A stretch of DNA of 64,000 nt from Cystobasidiomycetes sp. EMM_F5 (taxonomy: Eukaryota), in assembly GCA_051047955.1 (NCBI GenBank), contig JBPGPT010000012.1:310001-374000 (forward strand). The letters are read 5' to 3'. The position numbers and the translations under genes are program-made. Below the pieces are notes generated by a model. That model did no database searches. It saw only the letters and a list, made by a program, of their open reading frames with translations, and was not told the DNA's origin. Shown piece after piece: positions 33,444 to 46,058 of the stretch (within the stretch, counting starts at the first letter, position 1; each line of letters opens with the position of its first letter).

Positions 33444-36400
33444 ATGTCAATCGCTAACGAAAAGATGGGTCATTCTGCGGTTGTGGAGACAGCAGCCGAG
33501 ATTACACCAGATCTGATGATTCCAGAGGATCTGCTGGCGAATCTGGCCAAATTGAAACGTGAAATTGTCACCAATACAGACTTGGCGAGTTTCTCTGTCG
33601 ATTTCTGGACTCTTTGCCTGGCGGCTGCTCGTCAGATCCACACTATCGCAGATCAGCTCCCTGCAGCAGGCTTGAAAGGGGCTGCAAAAAAGCGCACAGG
33701 CCATCCGTCAAATATTTCGAAATGGCTATGGGAATCACGAGAAGGCCGGTCTCTTAATCCTGATGCTCTGGTTACAGGAATGGGAATTCTACATTCTTTC
33801 ATTGAAGAGCATCGAGTCAGCGTTCTGGAACATCGAAACGCTCCCTCAACAACACCAGAAACCGACTATCCTTTTTTGTGGCCAAATTATGATGACATCG
33901 TCGATGTCGTCGCCTACGTGCCACAGTCGCAGCTACTACGAATCGGGCTCAAAGCGCATGGCTCTCGGAAAGCTACAGTCAGAGCGGCTAGCTTAATTAG
34001 CTGGAGCGCTCTGGACATACCAGCTACGCCCGGCAACTCAGAACACGCGTTCACAAAAGACGAGATCATGACACAACCGAATCTTGCAAAGCTATTAAAC
34101 GCTTACATACGGGAGCGTCAGACGGGCGGCGGATTTGAGAAGGAGCTCAAGCGGATCAGGGCCGTCATGGTACCGAAGTACACCAGCAGAGAGCATACTC
34201 ATGCAATCACATATGTTAACATTCCTGGTAAATCTCTTAATTCTGGCCAATATTGGTCTTTAAAGTATCGCAAGCTTGTTTTCCAATTGATGTGCCAAAG
34301 AGTGACTAAAGCTACAGGTGATTGCTATCTCCAACATGGCGCGAGCATACTGAACCAGCAGTATTACAGGAGTGCTTGAAGACCTCGCGCCCTCGCTTCG
34401 ACCAGGACAGCTTCCATTCTCCATTTGGCTCAGACAAGAAGATTCTGAAATGCCTAAACCCAGTGAGACCGAGGAGACATTCATCAGAACGTGGGCCAGC
34501 AGTGTGCTCTCCATCATCGATGCAGGCTTGGCGATGGAGAAAACGAGTGGGCGTTTTCTGACATATACATGAAGTTGTCTCATATTGATGTTCGTGACAC
34601 AGAAACTGAGATCAAAGAAGTAGTGACTGCGTATTCCAATACTGCTAGTCGCGTTCAAAATCTAGGTAAGAGAGAGATACGGAAGTCCGACGTATGATGC
34701 GCTCATTTTTGTTTGACAGCGCTGTCGAGCCATGAAAGAGATCTACAATTTTGGTCATCCCAGGACGGGGTACGTCAATGCAAGCTCTGGATAGACCGCC
34801 CGGATCTACGCGTCTGCATCTACTTTTCCATACCAATGCGGATTCATCAGGACCGAGCGCAATCTTTGTGGCAAGCTCTCAAACGGCAGTCGCAGAATCT
34901 ATGGTTGAACGGTACAATGTTCGCCCTGATAATCGATCTTATAAGTATGTCAGCAGGGAACATAATATGCAAACTAGCGGAAATACGCGATTCTGTATGC
35001 GTGGATGATCTCAACGAAGACGATACGTTCGATGACACTGAGCATACGCATGAATCAACGGAAGACAAGGTGGGTCAAGTAGTGTCACCAGATACAAATA
35101 CCAATTCCGGGTTGTCGACAGGCCGCTTGTGCAATTATGTTGCGGTGTCACCTATGTGATCTGCCCTTTGAATGCAGGCTTTCGCCTTGGCACAAGAAAA
35201 CGTTATGTCCTACGCATAATGTGGGTAATGATTATCATTCGTTTCACATCCAGCTGATGTATCAGCAGTCGATGTATGTTGGCCAACACGTACAGGGCCG
35301 CACGCCGCTGTTCCAGTCAATTGCAGACAATGCCGACATTCCAAACCGCGGTGCTGCCGAAGTCTCCGATTTCATGCAAACTGCAGTCACGTCGCTCAGA
35401 GCAGAATGTAGGCTGTGGTGTATCTGCCTCCGAATCAATGGATCAAAAGGTTTCAATCGAGCAATACTAAAACTGACAGATACCATCCGGCAATACAATC
35501 TGGGTGTACCCGACGGATGGAACCCTGTACTGACCTCGACCCGCGAACAGAATGGGATAGACAAGCGGATTTGGACCTACCGCCTACTCCAAGTCGTTGA
35601 TATTGATTTTGACATGGATGAGGGCGTCATGGACATGTGGCTAGCGAATGGGATTGAGGTACAAAAAATACAGGCTTATAGAAGCCGGTTTCATCGCGTA
35701 GTATCATATGGTAACCAAGTTTGCATGAGCTCGACCGGAGGAAATAACTGATGCCGTCTCACAGACCACCTCGCCGTTCCCAAGCCCCTCATTGCTTCGC
35801 TCGATCAACATCGGGTTTTCTTTGCGAATAGAATCTGTTTACGCACAGGTCATACGCAAGATAATGTTGACGTAGTGCCTCGCCACATCAACTATTTAAA
35901 GCACACATACCCACCGGAGTGGGTGAGCTTTGCGGCCATGGAGCGCTTCAAGTTCTGTATTTTGGCTGGTCTTCTCACCACTCTCGATGCGCAGAAGCTG
36001 GAAGCAGATGCAACGGCTTTAATTTCAGCCTTTCACAAGGTATCAGCCCGGAACTTCTGCGTATAATCATCATACTAATCTTAGGATATCAGCTTTCCTT
36101 GCTTGTGCCTAATACTAGGCAGGGCCGTTCTACCGCGATTGGAAACAAATCGCTACGAGAAGCTGTATACGCCGCCTATGGACCCATCATTGAGTTTGGT
36201 CGACAAATTGGGCATGAAGATGAGGCCTATGCGTTCTACGAAAGTACTGCCGACCGGCAGCCACAACAAGTGCAGATCAGTGGCACAGTAGAGCCTGCAA
36301 AACCGCTTGTCGGTTTGCGAGAACTTTGTCAGTGGCGGGCCGAAGATTATGGCGACCAGCTTTATAGGTCCGGTACAGCCAGTCAAGCCGCCAAATTTCT

Positions 36401-37242
36401 GAGCTCTCTTGAAGGGACTTTGAAAGACTTGCAGAGTGGTATGTAACGCTACAACCGACCGATCAGTGGAGTGTGAATTTGACTGCGATCTGTTAGATCT
36501 TACTTCGATGGAAAATGGTGAATTGTCACTGGTCGGCGTTCATGTAAGCCACAAAGCATAGCAAATCGAACCAACTAATTCTGGAGTGGGACAGAGCCTG
36601 ATTTCTCAAGAGTTTGTCCTTTTCAAATGGTGGCACTATTTCTTGCTACTCGAATGGTGTGATGGGTGAATCATTGTTACGCTCGATAGCGAAAAACACT
36701 GACTTTCATTGCTGGTCAGATACGGCTCGTGTATGATTGCGTTTGTGTTCGTTGCGTTTTGGGTGGTCAACTGGACTCAGCTCATCAAATGCCGAGGCCG
36801 TTGTCCGCTTTTTGGTTTCCGTTTGAGTGCGCGCCGCAAAGATCTCACAGCAATGGTAGACGCTCACCGCGTGCACGGACTGTCAATGGCTTATTCCATT
36901 CAGCAATTTCCGGATGTGAAGTCGCTGGCAGATCTCCGTTTGGATCTCGGCAATTTGTGTGTACAATCCAGGACCGCCAACTACTGGCTGCACAACTTTG
37001 CTTATGAAGATGTTCGGCTTGCCGATGCTCAGCTTCTTCGCATTGGCCATGAAAGATTCCGGTCAATGTATCCTAGTCTTTACTCAATCCTGGCTGATAG
37101 CAAAACTTTGGAAGATCGGCTTGCTCGGCTCTCCTGTGAATCAATTGAAGGCTTTGAAGATGGGCCATACAATCGGTACTGGGATTTGGAGCCGGATCAC
37201 ATACTGCACCCGTCGCAAGGCAATACGCATGTGACGATGTAA
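33444..37242 (+). CDS. Orphan protein B of the TIR cassette (roughly 1,100 aa if continuous); putative HNH-like (beta-beta-alpha-metal) nuclease
   Basis: A chain of exons joined by ~50-nt GT-AG introns; CHLC..CPTH motif (35146-35217); SLD...GHTQDNVDVVPRHINYLKH (35797-35904); second motif AHRVHG...NLCVQSRTANY. The junction at 34490-34572 is ambiguous. Confidence 0.6.
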
Positions 37243-37478
37243 AAGCTCGTCAAGTGGCTGTCTCCGCATCGTTTCCAGAGCTGTAGCAGTCATCATCGTT
37301 ACGCTTCAACAACAGTCTGTATACCACACTAAGCAAGTATGTTGTAAATCCACCCTGCGGTAAATGAAAGATGGAACTGGAATCTTAACGATAACATACG
37401 CCTATTAGCCATTTGACGACCTGAACAGCGCGGTTGGCCCTTCAAACAAGCCAAGTTGAATGAGTGACAGCAAAGCAC

Positions 37479-37557
37479 AGCGGTGACCCCCGGCGAGGGT
37501 CACGGGAGGGTCCGGTAGGGTCCGGAGCAGACCTTTGGCAGACCCCACTAGCTCGTC
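37479..37557 (-). repeat. Right terminal inverted repeat (79 bp)
   Basis: AGCGGTGACCCCCGGCGAGGGTCACGGGAGGGTCCGGTAGGGTCCGGAGCAGACCTTTGGCAGACCCCACTAGCTCGTC; the outer 66 bp match the left repeat perfectly. Confidence 0.97.
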
Positions 37558-37949
37558 AAGGAATCGATTGGGAGGTCCATTGGCGATATAATGTGCGCAC
37601 ATCAGTAAATCTGAATGTAATTATATAGTGTATAGATTCCTAATGCGGTATCTCCGAAATTGCTTCGTTGGTGTAGGTGAGGAATTGAGAAATCCACTCG
37701 CTTGTGACAACTCTGACACAATTAGCAGTGGTTGTAAGTGCACGGCAGATTCGTTCAGTGCCAGATCTGACCAGATATTAGGCATTTTCGCTTTGGGTGC
37801 GAGAGGTGATCGGTTCAATCCCGGTACGAGGCCATATCTTTTGCCGCGTGCAGGCAGAGCGTGTACGGGTTCATCATACGCGTATTCAGCACTATCGCGA
37901 TACCACCGTGCCTGACTGAGCGCCCCTTTGCAGCCTGACAACCGCAACT

Positions 37950-38367
37950 ATGGCAGAAACGGTAACGAGACGCATATCCAAAGCACTGTGACGAGTCTGA
38001 TGAGTCTGCAGTCGCATACATATGCATTCGAGGTCGCAATGACTTGTGGAGGATGTTCGGGCGCCGTGCAACGCGTCTTGGACAAAATGGAAGGTGAACA
38101 GCTGCTCAGACAGGATAGCAACCGTTTTAGAATCTGACATTGTCGCATACCAGGTATCAACGTCCAAGAAGTCAAATGGGAGACTAAGAGTGTCATTGTC
38201 GTCGCTCCAAATGGCACCCCGGACTTTGACACTGTTCGAGAAAAGATAGCCAAGACTCAGGTATAGACCTCCCTCCTAATCTACAGACCGTCGCTGAGCG
38301 ATGTGCACAGAAAAAGGTGATACGGGGCACTGACAACGGGATCGAGGTTTACAAGGCAGACGCATAG
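37950..38367 (+). CDS. ATX1: Copper chaperone Atx1 (single HMA domain), 4 exons
   Basis: Spliced MAET|SHTYAFEVAMTCGGCSGAVQRVLDKME|GINVQEVKWETKSVIV...VREKIAKTQ|KKVIRG...; MTCGGC motif and KT.K loop. Confidence 0.92.
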
Positions 38368-38435
38368 CAAATTGTTGCCAACAACAAGGTAGTACCGCTG
38401 TTACAATCAATTATAAGCAGTCGACTGCCTATAAG

Positions 38436-41400
38436 CTATTCCGCACTACTGGTGTCTCGTTTATCGTTGTCCTTTGTTTCAACAGCTGCCATGCTTGGGA
38501 TTTGTATGCTCGATGAAATATCAGCTTGGATCTCCTCCGCTGGCCCGCCCGCCGTCGACTCGTTCACATCGGTAGCGCGCACAATATGGGATGTTGCTGT
38601 TTGTGGGCTGTGATCACCGTGACTTGTGTCATCTGCTGGCACAGTCAACTTCGGCATGAAAGCCAGATGTCCTGCTGACTTCTGCGCTGATTCGACGTTG
38701 CTTTCAGTGCTGGCATCTGCGGCTGCATCGGTCGATATTGAGGGAGTTGCTCCACTTGACAGTCCGGCTCCCAAAATTGGCTCTCCGGCCGTTTCTGAGC
38801 TGTTGCTGCGATTACCGAGACCGCCAAGACTCAAAACTTGCGGTAATTTTGGCAGAGTAACGTTGATGGCCGGGATCGTCGCCGTACTTCTCTTACTGAA
38901 TAAGCTAGCTAATCGATTTTTGACATTGGCGCCGGTAGGCGGACTGCTTGCCTCGGATCTCTCAGTGGAAGCGGTGGCAGGGAAAATATGAGCCGAAGAC
39001 TGCGGAGATGCCACAGGAGGCAGTGTCTCATCGGCCAATTTGACCTGGGCGATTGCAGATATGACCGACGGATCCTGAATGTTCGTGCCAACAGACACCG
39101 ACTGTTCGCGTTCACCGTCCAATGCGTTCTTTGCCGGCATCCCCACCGCAAATGGCTCGTTAAGTCGCTCTGAGTGAGAAGATTCAACGTCCGCCACATC
39201 CATAGCTACAATTGTTGGTGATGGAGGCAGCGGTATCTGCTCTGGTAAAAGAGACGCGGAAGCAAGATCCAGCACATTCCGGACCGTTGCGCCTTCGCTG
39301 CTTGCTGTTTTGCCAGGGTCCACGATATTTTTTGGTACCAACTCAAGTTGCTGAGGCGCCTCTGCAATCGGCGTAACGGGCTTGTCCGGTAGCGCCGGAG
39401 GCTGCTCCTCCTCCTCTCTCCTAACACTACTGAGCGACGATGTTCTGCCACGACTAAGGGATGCGCGAGCTTGTGTGAGAGCAGGAGTCGAGAACGCCTT
39501 CATAGGTGGCGCCGGTTGAGGTGCAGAAACTCTTTTCATCCGGATGAGATCTTCCAACTCAGCTCCCGGTGCGGGCCTCTCCAGCCCCTTCAGCTCGGCA
39601 AATTTAGCCTTCATATACCTAGCGTCGATGAGCATTCGCTCCTTTGCAATGTCTGTCTTGACTTCGATTCTACTGTATTCTTCGGCGAGTCTTGAGTTTA
39701 TCGCAGATAGGACCTGCATCATGACGAGCTCCAGAGCGGCGCCCGGCAGGAACCGGAGAAGTACCTTGTGTAGGGTAGACGTTTCCTTGACCAACGTTTC
39801 CATGTATGAATTCGGATCGTCACCCGCTGGCTGGTCCCAGGGTAGCTTTTGTAGAGATTCTGCATGCACTGCGAGGCGATCGCCCATAATGGCAACTAAC
39901 TTTGCGTGAATTTCGTTCTGATGTTCTTGGTAATCTCTTTTCACTCTGTCAAAATCGACAAGAATGATAGCTTGTTTAGCACGAAGATGGCGTCGCAAGC
40001 ACTCTCGTATGTATGGGATAAGGCTGATGACGACCGATAGCGCTTGTGAGGCAAGAGCAAGGTGTTTAGCTGTAATATTCTTCAATCCGGCTGAGCGCAT
40101 CGCCCCAGCCCCAAGGACGACTTGACAAACACGCGAGTTGTATTGCTGCAGATAAGGTTAGTCTATGTTTAGCTTCAATGCTCGCGACACTCGCCTTTAA
40201 GAGCTCGACGATCCTGCTCATGATATCGGTTGCAATTGTAGGTAGGTTGAGCACAATTTTGAGATAATCCAACAGGGATTGAACGAGAACCAAGCTGGAA
40301 GAAACGGTATAAAAAGTACGATCTTCGATACTCAACAATTTTCTAGACCCTGCGGAAATGGTCACATTTGCCGGACTTTGCACATCCTGTTTCCGCAAGA
40401 GCAGAGTCACAGGGTCCGCCACAGCGGAGCTGAGAATGAGGTCGACAGCTCGTTGCACATCTGCAGGCACATCTGCCGTTGTCCACTTCTCCTCTTCAAC
40501 GTCTCTAGCGACTTGAGTAAGCCGAGATATGTGGAAATACTGTAAGTAATGCTTCGTCTGCGTAAGCGCAAGTCAGCCACTTCATCAAATTGAACGATAA
40601 AGTAGGCTTACTTGGCTGAGGATCACTGCACGTAGGCCGACTACCATTTTGCGAGACAAAACTTCGCAGTCTAGAAGAAATTGCCAATTCAGGTCGTAAG
40701 CTTCTAAAAACTGCTTCAATTGTAAGCTCTCGATCTTTTCGTTTCTACTGCCGACAACGCGAGCGAGACGCGCGTTCGCGTAGTCCGCAACGGCAGGAAC
40801 TACCGTACCCAGATCACCGAAACGAGCATCGTCAATAGACGACGAATCTGGCTCTATGTCTTTGATGCTGGAAGACCCATCTCCCGGAGGGACGGGAGCT
40901 GATATGAGAGACAGCAAGATTCTGGAATGCAGAGCTGCCACCTTAATACACAGTAATACCGCAGGATAAACTAGATGCATAAGAGACATGTATTGGCGAT
41001 GATCCATGCCAGCAAGGTCGGATGAGGCGGGATTTGATGACGGATCCTCAACGTCAATGGATGCCCTAGGGGAGGATGTGTCGATGTCCGCTATTTCTTC
41101 TGCATCGCCTGGTGGCAGGAGCTACGCGCCAGCATATCAGCCATGTAACGAGATCGCCACGATCAAAAGACCCACATTATTGAGTATCAATCGTACTTCT
41201 TTCAAATACGCCATCTTGTATAAAGCGAAGGCCTGAGCGGTGCAGCGCTCGCCGCAGCGAAGCAGCAGAGTGAGCAGATCTAGCAATTTGCCCTGCAACG
41301 TATTGTCGAAGTCTGCGATGGAACTATCGGATTTGTCAAGGCTAACAGGCTCGAGAGCTGTATCACGCGATTGATGCACTTGTATTTGCAACTGATGGAT

Positions 41401-42818
41401 CAAGAGGCCAACGAGTTCCGTCTGTACTGCACTTGCGACCAGGTCGCGAACCGATGATATTCGCCGCGGTAAGTTTGCTAAAACAGCAACTCTGCTGATC
41501 TTGACGGGCGTCTCCTCCGGCGGTCGTCGAAAGAGACCGTGCAATGGTGTTCTCGGCGCGTTACTTGGAAGCCCGGACACAGCTGTACCCGCAGGCTGCA
41601 GAAGAGGGGCCGCACGCAGAGAGTCACACAGCGGAGATCTCGATGCCCACTCGTCGTCCAGAGCTTCTATCAAATCCATAGCTTCCCTGGTCTCACCTGC
41701 TTCGGCGAGGTCTTCTGCATGATCGATCGCGTGCAAAACATCCATTACACGGCCAACAGCCTCGTCTAAGCGTTTTAAGCGTCTTCTCCGGACGCTGCCT
41801 CGGTTGACCTCGAGGCCTTTGCGAGCGACATGGTCATCGATGTCCGCCAGACTCAGTTTTAGGGAGGAGATACGCTGTAGTGCGGCCTGGGATTGCGCAT
41901 TGAGAGCCTGAAGGTTGGATAGGGCCGAAAAAAAGGATGCCGATTTCATGGCAATCTCTACACCTAGGTGCAATTCGACAATATCAAGGTAGTACGACAG
42001 CTTTTCTTGTAATACTTGGTCCATTGTATCGTAAGACTTGGACGCGGTCATGGACGTCGACGTATGTTCCGAAGAATGATTCGGAGGCAATGCGCGGATA
42101 GCATCGAATGTCTGCGGATTGGCTAGATTGAAATTCTCCTGTAGAAAGAGATCCGGAATGATGTCCAGTGGCGGCAATTCGACTTTCCGTCTCTTCCCTT
42201 TGCCAGAGAGACTCGATGCAAAAGTGCTACCCTCTAGAGCTCTGATGATGGCCCTTCTCCTCCGTACATGCTCCTCTGTAGGGTGATCGCTGTCGGATTC
42301 GTTGTCATCGTCATTCAGGATTGGCGTTTCGGACACTGGCAATTTGGTCCTGCTCCAGTCCTCCCAATCCGAACGAATGCTCTCAATATACGGCTGAAAG
42401 TCCTTTTGCGATACTTTTGGAATATCTGAGAGAACAATAGACGCTGCGGGTTTCCCACGAGTCGCGCCAGTTTTGGGTCCGCTCGTTGATCTCAGAGGGT
42501 TCAGATTACTGAGGTTAGTCGAGATGGTTGCAACCGCTGAGCCTGCGTTAGGATTAGCGAGTATGGCTGCGATCTCTGCGACATTATGTTGGGTTCGCCA
42601 AAGGTCCATACACATCAGTTTAAGACTTGTTGCATGATGCACAGACGATACTGACTATAGGAATTGCTCTGGCCGTTGCTGCCCATGCCATAGTTGCGGC
42701 CGAGCTTGCTCGCCCGTCCTGCATCAGATAGGATGGCGCTGTCATTGCCGTACCGACTGGCCTCGACCAGCGAGAAGGTGCTCTCAGAGCCATCGAAGGA
42801 CCTTCGTTCGCTGGTCAT
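38436..42818 (-). CDS. VPS54: GARP complex subunit Vps54
   Basis: LQEKLSYYLDIVELHL...SFFSALSNLQ and NSRVCQVVLGAGAMRSAGLKNITAKHLALASQAL, EHQNEIHAKLVAIM. Confidence 0.93.
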
Positions 42819-43033
42819 CTATGTAGTACGCGTACTGGCCGCATCCGGGTTCATATGTCAATCGCCATCTCGAACCGGACGTCACGTCGGTTACGCGAAG
42901 GCTAATCAACAAGCGAATCATCATGAGTCGCTTAGTTTCTAACATAACAAAGCAACGACTCGGAGACGCCGCTTCACAAAGCTACATCGCGCCCCTACGA
43001 CACAGCATCTCGCCCCTGTTGCGCCCGATATGC

Positions 43034-44501
43034 CTACAACCTCTTCTCGTTGATCATTTCTGCATCAAACAACCCGGCCTGCAGGTTTTTGACGGCTTCT
43101 TCGGCCATTAATGATCTGCCGCATGGGTCAATGCATCAGCCTACAGATCCACCAAATTCCTTGCCGTACTGACCGTGTCTCGATGTTCGCAGATCCAATG
43201 TGGGGTAGGAGCTGCGCGAGGATAATTTAATTTTTTGGGGAAACGTTACTGATGTACACAACTCACAACGCAGCGGGGCTGCTTGAGTATGGGATGATCA
43301 GCTTGTATTTGCGGCTCGCCCTCGATCACATCTAAACCAGCTCCTGCGAGTCTTCCTTCGTCTAGTGCCATAACCAGAGCATCGGTATCGACGACAGGTC
43401 TTACTGGAGTATCAGCATGCAAGTTGTTCGCGTCCTGCCACACTCCTCACCCTCTTGCAATGTTGACCAAGACTCCTCTAGATGGCATTAAAGCTAAAAA
43501 TTCTGCATTCACCATGTGCTTTGTCTGGAGCGTAAGAGCCGCCCCGACGATGAGCACATCGCTTTCTGAAGCTAGCTGTTTCCAGTCGAGCGCCGGTTGA
43601 ATGGGTATTTTCTGCTCCCTGATCAGACCAAAGTGATCCTCCCGAGCTGCTTGACCAGGCTGTGATCCAAGATATAGCGCTTTCGAAATTTGAAATGGTA
43701 TTAGGCGTTGTAACGTAGCTTGAGCTATTCGTCCAAAGCCAAGAAAGCACACAGTTGATCCTTTAATTTGTGGACCCGATAGTAGAAGCGGAGACCATGG
43801 CATCTGCGGCCAGTCTCCCTGCACGACCCGTCGCATAGCCTGCAAGACTCTTCGTTAGCGTACAAAAGGCGCATCCGTCAATTGATCACCTCTCCTGCAC
43901 GCCGCTGCGCCATTAGTACCAACATGACGGCGAGGTCCGCTACTGCGTCGGTAAGAGCACTCGGCGTGTATCCCAAGCGGACTCGCCGGGACTTCAAGGA
44001 ATCGAGGGAGATGTGATCAACTGCATGCATGAGGCCAATGTCAGCGGTAAACGTTCGTGTTAGATCAACGCTCGAACGAACATCCAGCCGAATACGAGGA
44101 GACCACTTTGAGCTTGTCACCAGCAGCATTGATGAGTTCTCCATCGCATTTGTCATTTAGCATACATAGAATACCAGATGCATCCTTGGCGTTCTTCAAG
44201 AGCCATTGTCGGTCAGCAGCCTATAGCCGGACAGGTCAACAAGCTGCTCAGTGCGCACTTCTTGCACACCACACCTTGTCCTCCTGCCAGATAATAGTTT
44301 CCAGGCGATTATCAGCGGCCAGCAGCTTGGCTCCTTGTTCCGGCAGCGCTGTGTATGGATTGATGTTAGCAGTCGTCTCATTGCGATAAAGTGAATCTTA
44401 TGGTGACCTCGAGTAACGACGACCTTGACTTTCGACATGCTACGCAAGAATAGAGATGGAAACGTTGGTCGCAAGCACTGTGGTCGGAGCGAGCGTAGCA
44501 T
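43034..44501 (-). CDS. Glyoxylate/hydroxypyruvate reductase (D-2-hydroxyacid dehydrogenase)
   Basis: KVVVTR, LGYTPSALTDAVAD, GFGRIA nucleotide-binding motif, LVNIARG, AGLDVIEGEP, LPHIGSA. Confidence 0.9.
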
Positions 44502-44767
44502 CGGGAGTCGGTAAACCACGCTTTGAAGAAGGTCTCGCTACGGCTCTCGTGCATGATATCGATAGTGCCACAAAATAATTCGGCTATTCGTCTACCGCGT
44601 ATGCAACCCATTACAGCACAGACTGCCAATAAAACAAGAATCCTACTCTGACTACACCTACCGCGCCAACTCATGTTAATTTTGGGTGCCGAAGCTTTGA
44701 CTCTTCTCTGAACGCTCCGAGTGCGTGAGTCTAGTGAATTTACCAGAGGTGGAGTGGCTAATGATAC

Positions 44768-45880
44768 TTACTCTGCAGTCTGCACTTCCTCAGGAATCTG
44801 TTCGCTGTGATCCTTGTGACCTGACCACTTCGGTAAGCCGTCCTTCATGTCTACTGATCTCGATCCATAGAATATGTGACATTTCGCAACGAAACCAGCC
44901 GGCATACGCTCCTCCCCGTCGAATTTGAAAGCAGAAGGATAGCACAAGACGGTATTGCGGCCCTGTGAGTTGACGTTAGAAGGGATAGCCTCTTCCTGCA
45001 GTAGATTGAGGATGCATACCTCGTCAAAGAGGGGAGACCTGCAGTTGTCACAAGCAACTTTGCAGGGAACGTAGTGTATAGATGACTTCTTGTCGGTGGT
45101 GAAGAAGTCGATGCCTTTCCTGCTCCCGTGCGATTTGCACTCCGTCATTCTCACCGAAGTCTGTCCGGAACGGCGTGTCAGCTTGTATGGCTAAATACGC
45201 ATTCTTTGACAGCGCATACCTTGGGAAATATCTGCATCAGTACAGAGAGAAAGTCAGTGAAAGTCAGTACTGCATTAAACAAGTGTATCTCAACTTACCA
45301 CTGCATGTTGGAAGGGAGCCCCGTGGAGCCGTTGACACTGGTTATTAGCGTGTCAGCGGAATGCGGAAATTGCAGAACTTCTCTAGAACTGAAAGATACG
45401 TACATCATGGCAATGACAAAACTTGGCATCCCAGGGCTCTCCCGCAAACTCAAACTTTAGATTCCCACACCAGCACGAGCTTTTGAAGGTATCGCAGTGC
45501 ACATCTAAGCGAACATTTTGTCGGGGTAGGATGTGAAGAACTGCTCACGCGTAATACTTGGCGTGAAATTTGTCGCTGTTCCAGCTATATGGCGGTTTAT
45601 TTAGAAAGTCTTTCTCATAGTCGCCGCCCTTCTGTGATGGGATTGGACCTGTCCAGCCTGTATCTGGGATTGGTTTCATTTCTTGCTTGCCGGAGTTTGG
45701 CTTGTTCTGCGCCGCTTCTCGTTTATCGTCAGGTTGCTCGCCGACCATGTTAGAGCCGTGCTTTTCGACCGAAGGAGCTGCCGTTAGATTGCGATGCGAC
45801 GACAAAGAGCCAGCTAGAGGCTTTGCTGAGGTTCTTGGTTTAAACCGAAACAGGCAGCTTGGACTGAACAAGCTCCGCAT
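44768..45880 (-). CDS. GFA / CENP-V (Mss4-like) zinc-binding protein
   Basis: SCWCG, FCHCHD|CQRLHGAPFQ, CDNCRSPL, CHIFYGSR...DGLPKW. Alternative start at 45748. Confidence 0.88.
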
Positions 45881-46058
45881 GCATGGGATGTGGGAGAAAC
45901 AGTCAGCGAATCCAACATTCTGTGCAGACAATATTGGCAACGTCATATATACAGTTCTTCAGGTCACGGCATGCTAGAACGCGATTGAGAGCACGACAAC
46001 AAGGAAAAAAGCATTGCGAACTCCAACTACTCGGTATCAAAGGAGCTGATCCAAACCC

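Larger units (their letters stand above)
32276..37557. mobile_element. 5.3-kb terminal-inverted-repeat-bounded cassette with two divergent orphan genes (unclassified)
   Basis: 79-bp inverted repeats at both ends; the interior genes are not recognisable housekeeping genes; it interrupts an otherwise conserved-gene neighbourhood (GPI13 / ATX1). Confidence 0.75.

Noticed and set aside
32357..37242. Divergent gene pair as a basidiomycete HD1/HD2 mating-type locus
   Set aside because: No homeodomain helix-3 motif (WFxNxR) in either spliced protein.
32276..37557. CACTA/EnSpm classification because CACTA occurs near the repeat ends
   Set aside because: CACTA reads outward rather than inward, is not terminal, and there is no 3-bp TSD or TnpD-like motif.
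32276..37557. Integrated linear plasmid/virus or Fanzor/IscB-type element
   Set aside because: The genes have spliceosomal introns and show no polB, RNA polymerase, capsid or RuvC motifs that I can recognise.
42985..43030. Short imperfect direct repeat CATC(G/T)CGCCCCT
   Set aside because: Two 12-bp copies in a UTR/promoter region; too short to distinguish from chance.
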